Under the pieces are notes generated by a model. It ran no database searches. It was not told the origin of the DNA and saw nothing but the letters and a program-made list of their open reading frames with translations. Of a stretch of DNA of 64,000 nucleotides, positions 51,649 to 61,665 are shown piece after piece. The DNA lies in contig NC_091473.1 of assembly GCF_036971445.1 (NCBI RefSeq), positions 215,574,001 through 215,638,000 of the forward strand, read 5' to 3'. Source of the stretch: Narcine bancroftii. Its lineage: Eukaryota. A program made the position numbers and the translations under genes. Within the stretch, counting starts at the first letter, position 1. Each line of letters opens with the position of its first letter.

Positions 51649-51736
51649 ACGCCGGCCACCCCAGCGCTGACAGTCTGCGCTGCCCACCCCAAACCCTGTA
51701 GACCACCCCACCTCTGACAGCCTGCCGCCCCAACCC

Positions 51737-54700
51737 TGACAGCCCGAAGGGACAGGAGCCAGAGTGTGCTCCGAGGCACCTCCCTTGCAGCTTTCCCTTT
51801 CAGATGGCCAGCGCTGCACTTTCAATCGCAATAGATATTCACCAAGAGAAATGGTTACTTAAACAAACCTTGCTTTTAATTATTTTGAAACATGAAAATA
51901 GAAGAAAACTTTAACTTATCGCTATTGACTTACTTAACCTAACTTAACCCCCTTCTAATTCTAAGCGCACGTGTATGTAATGTGTGTGTAAGTTCTCTGG
52001 TTCTCAGTCCAATCTCACTTCTCATTCCTCCAAGTTCACTGATTGCAGGCAATTCTTATACTGTGCACAGAATTTAACATTTATGAAGTTCACCAGGCTT
52101 TGGTGCTTGAAAGGTGAGGTTCTTGTCGGTTTTCAGAGAGACATTTGTTGTACGATGGACACCAGCCACCTCAGTGTCTCGCTGATGAAACTTATCCCCT
52201 GTGACAGTACAGGATACAATCACCAATGTATATTTTTCTATATTTTTACAGAAAGTGATTGGCTGAGAGCCGGAGCCACACCTACTGGCAGGTCATAAAG
52301 GGCTGCTCTGGACTGGTCGACCTCAATGTACTACGCTCCAGTCTTTTGTCAATAAAATCGTAGCGCGTCAAATGACTCGAAGACTTGTTGACTCAAATCA
52401 AGGCTCATGGACCTTCTACCTCCCCAAACCCAGAAGGTACTCAAATGCTGCCTGGGTTTTTTTTTCTTATTATGCTCAATGAGTCCCACAGTACCCTGAC
52501 AAGGCACGGCCTAATTAAGTCCACCTCCTTCCCCTTGTCAGCGGAAGCCAGACTGTCTTTTGACCGCATCAAGTCGGATATCACCGTGGTCACTCTGTTC
52601 GCAGTAGACATATCCTTCCAGGTGGAGACCAATGCGTCTGACTTTGCATTGGCAGCCACCTTAAACTAGGCCGATAAGCCTGTCACCTTCTTTTCTAGGA
52701 CCCTGCAGGCCCAGAAAGCCAACACTAATCTGTTGAGCAAGAGGCCCAGGCCAGCAGAGAGGTCGTATGTTGTTGGAGATACTACCTCGCTGGCAGGCGC
52801 TTTACACTCCTGACCGACCAACGCGCAGTCTCATTTATATTTAGTGGCAGCAGCGGAGTAAGATCAAACATGACAAGATTCCCAGATGGAGAATCAAACT
52901 CTCTATCTTCAACTACGACATTCAGCACAGGCCTGGCAAACTCAATGACCCGCTGACGTCCTTTCCCATGGGACATGTGCCAGTGTACAACTGGACAGGC
53001 TGAATAGATCCACGAGGAGCTCTGTCTCCCAGAGGTCACCAGGTCTGCCCACTTTGTAAAGGCCCACAACCTGCCTTATATGGTCGAGGAGATCTGCTCC
53101 ATGACCCGAGCCTGCCCAGTATGCACTGAGTGCAAGCCCAATTTCTTCTGGCCCGAGAAGACCCAGGTCATTCAAACCACCCAGATCTTCGAACATCTCA
53201 GAGTGGACTTCAAAGGGCCCCTACTGTCGATGAACCGTAACACCTACATTCTCACAGTGATACATGAGTTCTCCTGCTTCCTGTTCGCTATTCCCTGCCC
53301 AGACGTGATTGCCTCTTCAGTCATAAATGCATTCCACAGCATCTTCGCCATTTTCGGGTACTCCAGTTACATCCATAGTGACTGGGGGGTCCGCGTTTAT
53401 GAGTGCGGAGCTGAGGCAGTACCTCCTGGAGCATCGAGCAGGACCACGAGCTGCAACCCACATAGTAATGGACAGGTCGAATGGGAGAATGCCACCGTCT
53501 GGAAAGCAGTCACGCTTTCCCTCTGGTCCAAAGGCAGAATGTCCTCCCAAATGCCCTACACTCCATCAGGTCCCTGTTATGCACTACCACCAACGCTACT
53601 CCGCACGAATGTATATTCTCGTTCCCGCGGAAGTCGGAACCGGGAACAACTGCACCAGCATGGCTGACGGTCCCTGAACCTGTCCTGCTGAGAACTCATG
53701 TCCGCTACTCGAAAACAACCCTCTAGTCCACCAGGTAACGCTGTAACATGTGAACCCGCACTATGCCTATATCGAGTACCCGGAAGGGCGGGAGGACACG
53801 GTTTGGATAAGGGACCTGACCCAAGCCAGGTCTAACATTGTCACGTTCCAACCCCAACCTCCATTCAATCCTCCCCTAGGTTACATGCAGGGACAGTGGG
53901 ACCAGCAGCACCTCGCAGATGACAACGGCAGCAGATTGGACCAGTCCTCAGCCAACGACGTCTGTGTACTAGGCGAAACTGCACCCACACCCGGGGTCTC
54001 CAGCAATGATATTCTGCCAGCTACCCCGATCCCGGTGATCATGTGAACAATCAGGCCTCCCGACTGTTACAGCCCGTGAACACTGCATGATATACTTTCC
54101 ACTTTTTCTTTTATTCACTCCGAGGTCAGTTCCTCAAGAAGGGGTGAATATGATAATACAGGATACTATCACCAATGTATATATTTACATATAGTAATAG
54201 TGATTGGCTGAGAGCCGGAGCCACGTCTACTGGCAGGTCATAAAGGGCTGCTCCTAACCAGACCCAGGTCAGTCTGGACTGGTCGACCTCAATGTACTAC
54301 GCTCCAGTCTTTTGTTAATAAAAGCCTTGTTAATAAAGTCAACAAGTCTTTGAGTCATTCGATGGGCTACACCCCCTTCAGGTTTCTCCAGATGCCCAGC
54401 CACCTCACTGTCTCTCTGACAAAACTTGCCCCCTTCAGGGTTCTCCAAATGATAACGTCTTTCTTTCAGGTCACCACAGAGTGCCTTTTCCTTTCTCTTC
54501 TTGCAAGTGGAACATTAGAGAGCCAGTCCTCTCCTCTTGTATGAACCACAAGGGCTTTGACCAGGCTAAATCAAGCACTTACAACCCATCTTTCACATGG
54601 GGTTTTCCACAAGCTTGCAAGCTTGTCCTGTTCCAGTCCCAGCTGCTGTTGCTGGGTGTAATACTGGAGAAGTAATCTTTGTCTCTCTCTCTTTCTGAGA

Positions 54701-55006
54701 GAAAGTCTGTTTTACTCTCTCTGCTTGCAAAACCACATGACCCACTTAGACCAGTAAGTTCTCTTCCAGACAGAAGGCGACCGACAAGATCTTTCATTTG
54801 TTGCATTTTTGTAAACAACAATCCATTCGTCAAGTCTCTTGGGCACTCTCTGAATCTCTTGCAAAGACTGTTGGCCCTGACATGTCTAGCAAATGGCAGA
54901 GCTCCAGTATTTTAAATAAGATCTGTTTTAAAGTGTTTGTATGTGACCTACTCAAACAAACCTTTCCCAATTTATCTCCCAAAAACTATCTATATATTCT
55001 GTCACA
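51737..55006 (-). mobile_element. Probable long LTR-like element hosting a nested Gypsy remnant
   Basis: Ends tgacag.../...ctgtcaca. An internal tandem unit (ccagccacctcaStgtctc...aaactt...cccc ttcagg) is split by the nested insertion. ATTAAA lies on the minus strand near 51875. Confidence 0.45.
52200..54371 (+). mobile_element. Internally deleted Gypsy element (partial 5' LTR, RNase H-integrase, PPT, 3' LTR)
   Basis: TSD cccc (52196-52199, 54372-54375). LTR copies at 52200-~52385 and 54149-54371, PPT aagaaggggtgaa, and motifs ETNASDFALAATL, CPVC and VDFKGPL. Confidence 0.85.
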
Positions 55007-55916
55007 CAGGGAACAACATCTTTGACTCCAAGTGAGCCGATTTTCACTGCAGAGGAGCTGCTTCTCAGAACCCTTTTTTCAGCACGAAATAAGTACAGTT
55101 CTGTTTCTTTCCAAATTAACCTGAACAACTTCAAAGTCAATTTCTTTCAAAATTTATTGTAGAAATAGAGGACTGTTACCCACTGTAATTAGAGATTAGT
55201 CAGTTTGGCCAATGATTTGAGAATGTGGCTTCAATCAGCAGTGCCCTGATATGAAGAATTGCAAGGTGTTCAGCCCTGTCCTGCAGTCGTGACACCGAGA
55301 CACAGTCACAGTGTCCAGTGCCCCAGGTAAGGTCACCATCAGAAAGCCTGGCAGTGTTGGGACTATTCCCCTTATTGTTAGAGAATGCTGATCCTATTCC
55401 AATGGCTAATTATATTCACCTTTTGGCAGAATTTAAACAAACACTTTGCCAATTTCTGCACTTGACTGAATTCACTGATTGGAATGAAAATGACACAGTT
55501 GTTGCTTTTGCTGCCAAGTGTTTCAACCAAACGCACAGGAGGAGACAGAGAACCAGTTGGATCCCTGTGTTCAGTCTCACCAACCTGCCGCAGGTTCAGG
55601 TTTGTGAAAGGGTTCGCCACCCTCCCCCATCCACCCGCATTATCTCCTGCCCGTCAGGCTCTGGATGAGAAGGAGGGCTTCCAGTTCCCAACAGGAGTCT
55701 GACCAGAAAAATGATCTGGTCCTGCAGTGGGTCAGTGGGCTGAGTGACAGTGAGCCAACATTGTTCACAAATAAATGGGCAAGGAATAGGGGGAGTGTGA
55801 CTGGGGATTGCTCCTCCCTCTCTTTCAATCATTTTTATTGTTTTTTATAATAAATACACAACAATGAAGAGAAGGGAACAAAACTGAAAATACCTGTACA
55901 CGATCACCTATCGAAA

Positions 55917-55918
<2 letters not shown>

Positions 55919-55960
<42 letters not shown>
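55919..55960. repeat. (TG)21 microsatellite
   Basis: Read directly from the sequence. Confidence 0.95.
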
Positions 55961-55964
<4 letters not shown>

Positions 55965-56759
55965 GTCCACGTGGCTTACAATGCCATCACCTTCTGCTGC
56001 TGGTAACCCTTTATATCCTTTCAGCCATGTCATGAATATGTCCATGATTGGTTACGGAAGCAACTGAGGTCATTACAGGACACTGCACATCATCATCTCC
56101 TGCTGGGTTCAGTTCCCACCCATCGTGTCTTCAGTCTTTCTCCTGTCCTTCTGCCACTCAGACTTCAGGCTGCAACATGTGGCAAACAGTTTCTCATGAG
56201 AAACATTTGCAAACGCCTCAGAAAACTCCTCTCAATAAATTCCTGTCTCAGATACTTTAATTGCCTCTTTAATAAGTTCATTGATGTTCCTAAGTTATGA
56301 TGAGACCTACAAAAGATTAGTGCTGGATAACAATGAGGAGTGAGGTCTCATAGAGTGGGAATAAACCCAGTGAATCATGGGAAGGTTCCCCCTCTGTGAG
56401 CCTCATCCTGCTTTACTCTCACATTCTATTTTCCCTCTTTGATTCTTCCACACGCTATTTCTCTCTCAGTCAATTTTCTTCCCACTTCAATTTTTGCTTC
56501 TGTTTGCAATTTTCTCCGTCTCCATCTCCATTCTCCTGAGAAGAACAATGGAAAAAAGGAGCAAGAGTAAACTACCAAGCACTTCACGTCCACCCAGCCA
56601 GTCAACCTGAACATGGCTGATCCACTTTGACCTCAACTCCACTACTGTGCCAGTTACCCAAAGCCCTCAATTCCTTGCTGGGTTTCAGAGGTACTTTTCC
56701 TTTCAGTGAGTTTAACTGTGCCATTGGAATGGAACAGCTTTCTGGTTTGGAAAACAATT

Positions 56760-57200
56760 CTCTTGAGGCAAGGTTAGCAGAGCTGGGACTTTTGACTTTG
56801 GGGTGTAGAAGGATGAGAGGAGAATTGATAGAGGTCTACAAAATTATGAGAGGCAGAGATTGGGTGGAAAGCTAGCACCCATTTCCCAGGACAGGATCAG
56901 GAAACCCCAGAGGACATATGTACAAAATTAAGGGAGGGAAGTTTAGGGGAGACATAAAGGGCAAGTGTTTTTTACACAGAGAGTTGTGGATGTCTGGAAC
57001 ACCTTGCCAGGGATGGTGGTAGAGACTGAAACATTAGGGACATTTAAAAGACTCTCAAGGCAAGGACATGGATGAAAGGAAAATAGAAGGTTCTGGGGTA
57101 AGGAGGGTTTAGAACTTTTTTTTGGAAGGAATACATGAGTCGGCACAACATTGAGAGCTGAAGGACCTGTACTGTGTGGAATTGTTCGATGTTCTATGTT
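56760..57200 (+). mobile_element. CR1 3' fragment
   Basis: RLAELGLLTLGCRRMRGELIEVYKIMRG plus a CR1 3' UTR and gttctat-type tail. Confidence 0.8.
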
Positions 57201-57870
57201 AACAGGTCCTGACATTGAAGAGTCCCTTTATTTTATTTCACATTTATACACATGGTGAGCATCAGCCATGGATTCCTCAAACAATGAGGACCCCTGTTGG
57301 ACACAGTTGTCACGTGTGGCTCAGTGGTTAGCAATGGCACCTCTTGGACTGAAGGTGATGGATTCTAACCTCTATCTAGAATTAGGCTTTGAACAGAGGG
57401 GCTTTTTCAGATAAATCTCAATAATCTCATGACGAGCCCAAAAGAAGAAAATAAGAGCGTTCCCCAGGACCCTGAGCCAATATTTATCACTAAACTAACA
57501 ATTAAATACAGAAGATCCAACCGTATTCGATTGGTTATGTGAAGTCTTGCTTCAAGAACATTGTGACAATTGGACTGGGAAAGTCGATGATCTGTCAGCT
57601 CACATTCTGTCACCCTGACAGTCACATGACACAATGATAATGGAGTTATCGACTCATAATCACAATCCATCCCTGTCCATTAGTCTCCGGCGGGTCCAGG
57701 TATGGTGCAAGGCTACCCAATGATGGAAGGTTTTGCACATCATCGATCCAAAGACACCAATTTCTCCCAAAATGTGCATTTTCCACACAGCACATCCCAC
57801 ATCATTCATTTCCTGCCTCTCAAAGCCCATCAGCAAAGCACACGCAGAATCATGACATTTTCAAGTTACA

Positions 57871-57876
57871 TTTATT
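57871..57876 (-). terminator. Poly(A) signal for long secretory Ig mRNA
   Basis: First AATAAA found on the minus strand after the C6 stop, ~250 nt downstream. Confidence 0.7.
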
Positions 57877-58126
57877 GAACTTCCAAATGATACATGAACA
57901 CATCCATTGATTTGACACATCTTGAGATCCCAGATCATGTTTCAATCTGATCAATGTCTGTAAAGCCATACAGATGCTGAGAAATTTGTGGCTAATGTAA
58001 TCCTCGAGTCTCATTTTGTTCTCAATGGTTCAGAAATGTCCAGATCTTAATCATGATAGAAAGTAAAATGATCTTCTTGGACAGTTAATTTTCATCAAAC
58101 TAACAAAACCATTGAATCGTGAGGTA

Positions 58127-58512
58127 TTATGCACAAGAGGTAAAACTATCAGTGAGAACAAGTGAGACATTGACCGAGGTGGGTTTGCTGTGAGATTTAT
58201 TGATGCTTCTGAACAGATTAGTTGTGAGCGACTCATGTCCCACCACGCAGGAGAAAGTGGTGCCATGATCCCACTCCTCTGGAGAAACCTTCAACTGACT
58301 GGTCATCATGTTCCAGCCACTTCTGGGGTCCTCGGTCACTGGCTGGTTCACGTAGCCAGTCTTCAGAAGGATGTCGTTGGCCATCCAGGCCACGTAGATG
58401 TCTGCAGGAGAGAACTTCTTGACTAGGCACATCAGGGTTGCAGACTGATCGCCCTCTAACTCTTCTGATGAAGGGGGGAGGAGGAAGATGTGAGGAGAAG
58501 TCACAACTCCAC
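58127..58512 (-). CDS. IgW: IgW heavy chain terminal constant exon C6 + secretory tailpiece
   Basis: Acceptor ttctgttcccag|GT. Encodes GGVVTSPHIFLLPP...ATLMCLV...VAWMAND...EEW...FSCVVGHESL...SINKSHSKPTSVNVSLVLTDSFTSCA*. The tailpiece has an N-V-S sequon and penultimate Cys, as in IgM/IgW/IgNAR. Confidence 0.93.
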
Positions 58513-59059
58513 CTGGGAACAGAACGAACCTCAGTTAGGTTGCATCTTTCAATAATTCTGTGCTGAACCCACACATTGTGCTTTCAAACCAACATGGGCA
58601 ACTTCTACATCTTGAGGGATTTCACTTTACCTGACACTGGAGCCTTTTCCCTTTCTACTCATTGTTGGGATGTGCAGGGTGGAAGCCTTGACTCGGACAC
58701 ATTTTAAAGCTTCCAGAGAGGTTTGTCTGTTTCGTTTAATCAGTGGAAGCCACTGATCACAGAGACTCCACAGAAAGTGGGTCAGACCATGGACTTGACT
58801 CATCCTGTGCTGTTTGGTCCATCTCCCCCTCTGCTTCAATGATCTGCTGAACTTCAGTCTGTGCCTCAGCCTCCCTGCCCTTCCACCCACTGCCTTGACT
58901 CAGTCTCTCCCTCAGGGTTTGAAAGCTGCAGATCCTTCTCCCTCGACATCATCACAGGAACTCACCCCGCAGCTGAGTTTGGTTTTGGATGAGGCTGCTG
59001 TGGTGATTTGGGGTCTTACTGGTTTTCTCTGGAGGCTTCAGTCTTCCTTTGCTCCTTAA

Positions 59060-59460
59060 TATTCTCTGACCAACATGAGAAGACCTTCTCCAAGGCAAAG
59101 AAGAATGTGGGGAGTCTCATGGAAACTATAACATTCTGAACTGATTGGACAGAATCGATACTGGAAGAATGTTCCTGATGGCGGCAGAATCCAGGAACAA
59201 GGGTGACAAGCTGAAGATGGTGTGAGAGGAGGAATGATAGAAAGGAGAATGGTGAACCTAGGGAATTCTCTGCCACAAAGAGCAGTTGAAGCCCAGTGAG
59301 TAAATATATCCAAAGATGAGCTGGATATTGTTCCAAGGGTAAAAGTTCAAGGGGCATGGAGAGAAGTCAGGAATAGGGGGCGCAATTTGAATAATCTGCT
59401 TTGATCATATTGAATGGCTAAGCAGCAATGAAGGGTTGAATGGCCTACTTCTACTCTCTA
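59060..59460 (+). mobile_element. Old CR1 3' fragment in C5-C6 intron
   Basis: agaagaatgtggggagtctcatggaaactata...gaatggcctactt resembles the other CR1 3' ends in the window. Confidence 0.55.
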
Positions 59461-59606
59461 ATTTTCCCTGAGACAACCACACTGCTGAATGGTGACATAT
59501 GCTTTGCTTCTGTACATTACACAATGTAAATGACAAAACCTCAGTATTTATTATCATTCCTCTACTTGCTTAGATCAGAATCACACCAAGCTCTCTCTTC
59601 ACGTAC

Positions 59607-59927
59607 CTGTGGCCTTCTTAATGGACCTCTTCTCCGGTGTTGGCAAACTCTTGTCCTCCACCACGCACGAGTACTCAGTTCCTATCTCCCACTCCGCAGC
59701 GGGCACCGTCAGTCTGCTGATAATTATGTCTTCACCTCCGTTCCTATTTGGACCCTGAGTTCTCACCCCATCTTTTCTCTCACTTCCATCCACTTGCCAG
59801 GTTACCCTGAATCCCTCTAAATCACCATGGACCACCTCACATAGAATGGTCGCCGTCCTGTTCATCCAGATCTCTTCGAAGGAAGGTTTTCTTAAAGTGA
59901 CTGAGGGGCTGGTATCTGAACAGTCAG
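59607..59927 (-). CDS. IgW: IgW heavy chain constant exon C5 (321 bp)
   Basis: Acceptor atttctcccag|CT, donor ACA G|gtacgt. Encodes ADCSDTSPSVTLRKPSFEEIWMNRTATILCEV...VTWQV...EW..GTEYSCVVED..LPTP, homologous to IgNAR C4, with an N-terminal extra Cys. Confidence 0.93.
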
Positions 59928-60962
59928 CTGGGAGAAATGTCATAATTATTATTTTGTAGAGGCTCACTGGAGGCTTAATCGAACCAGCTCAAGAGGTTCC
60001 GAGTGATGTCATGATATTATTTGGAACGTACGGTGTTTTCAAAATCTGCGCGTGACTGTTTGAGTAAAAGACTTTTACTGAACTTCAACTGGACTATGTC
60101 TGATCATTTTCTCATTCTTCAATACACGCTGTAAACCAGTTGCTACAATTTCACCATTCCCCAAAGGATAGGGCATCACTGGTGAGACCAACATTTCATA
60201 TTCATCTCCAGCAAATCATTCGTTGGTCGCATCAGATCAGTCGAGACTTATCTACATTGATGGAGGAATGAGATTTCCCCAATTGAGCAGACAGGGTAAA
60301 CCCTTGTCAGGAATATCAATGAACAAATTTGTCTCTGATGTAAGTTGGACAGTTTCAAGGACACTTAAGCTGTTCCCAGCCACTTATTAAAACAAAAACA
60401 GAAAATTCCAAACAATTCAGGCTGCACCTGTGCAGAGGGAAGCAGAGCTAATATTTTAATTCAGAAATATTCCAGCAATTTTCCTTGACATTTTTAAAAT
60501 TCAAGCAGCATCAGAAATAGTTGATCTTTATTACAACTGTTAAAATGCATTTGGCCTCCATGAAGTGTAACTGAAATCTCTTGCTGCTTTCTCAGAACGT
60601 TTTGTGTTCAAGCCGTCCTGCAGAGGCTTCCACATTGCCCAGGCTAACTCTTCCCATGCTGGAGCAGAGTGCTGTCCTGATGCAGATTCAGTCACGGCTG
60701 AGGCCATGACCAGAGGCCCAGATTACATTCAAAGACAGAAGGAGAGACCATTTGGAAGAGGGATATCCGGGATCTCCAGGGCACCTGGCCAGTGAAATAG
60801 TTTGTATTGTGCTCAAGTTATGAAAGCAATTATTTCTCTGGCCAAGATTCTGGAGGATCCGTTCAGTCATCAAACCATAACAGGTCTGCACCATGTTTCT
60901 GTCTGGCACAGTTTATAGCAAAAAGCAAACAATGTCAACAATGGAGTGGGTCGGGACCTTAC

Positions 60963-61280
60963 CTTGGAGGTTCCTCGCTTCCTTTGTGATGCTGGTGTTG
61001 GAGGAGGGATGAGACACCGTGCAGCTGAAGATTGAGCCTGTCTTCCACTCCTGTGAACTCACCGTCAGGAAGTGGCTGGCACTGAAAGTCCCATCCTGCT
61101 CCAGAGCAGTCTGTGTCCTGCTGGTGTTGGAGGAGATCAGGGAGTGACCTTTCTTCCAGGTGACATCAATGTGGTCTGGGTAGAATCCCGAGACCACACA
61201 CTCGAGGGTAGCCACATTCCTATGCTTAGCCTCTTCGTATGGTGGAGGCAGCAGTCTGGCCACAGGAGGTTTTGTCTCAA
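60963..61280 (-). CDS. IgW: IgW heavy chain constant exon C4 (318 bp)
   Basis: Acceptor ttctgttccag|TT, donor CAA G|gtaagg. Encodes VETKPPVARLLPPP...LECVVSGFYP...TALEQDGTFS...EWKTGSIFSCTVSHPSS, homologous to IgNAR C3. Confidence 0.93.
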
Positions 61281-61365
61281 CTGGAACAGAAGAACAAAGA
61301 AAACATTGGACTCTTTCTCACATCATCACTGATGTTTGTTATTTAATCAGTGATTTCTTACCCAC

Positions 61366-61665
61366 CTTTGGTGCTTTTTGTCCATGCTGAGACTGGTGAG
61401 GATAAATGATCTTGGGCAGAACACATGTACTCCATCCCGCTGGACCACTCCTCCACGCTGGTCTGGAGTCGGCTGATTATTGTGTTTTGGAACCCTTTCC
61501 TTCTGGGCTGTTGGGTCACAGCTGCATCACTTTTATCCTCTCCGTTCACCTCCCAGGAGATGTGGACTTTCTTCGGATCAGCAGAGATGACTGTGCACAC
61601 CAGAGTAGCTGTTTTGTTGATCCATATCTCTTGAATGGAGGGATTTTGAATTGAGACAAACAATT
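61366..61665 (-). CDS. IgW: IgW heavy chain constant exon C3 (300 bp)
   Basis: Acceptor ctttctgatccacag|AA, donor AAA G|gtgggt. Encodes ELFVSIQNPSIQEIWINKTATLVC...SWEVNG...SVEEWSSGMEYMCSA, homologous to IgNAR C2. Confidence 0.93.

Noticed and set aside
58625-58970. Donor-like sites (cag|gtaaag, ggg|gtgagt) in the C5-C6 intron suggesting a hinge exon
   Set aside because: No matching acceptor with an open phase-1 frame was found.
58127-61665. IgM assignment
   Set aside because: The domains follow the IgW C3-C6 / IgNAR C2-C5 pattern (EIW..KTATLVC, TALEQD.TFS, WMAND) rather than Cmu1-4. IgNAR is not strictly excluded without V/C1.
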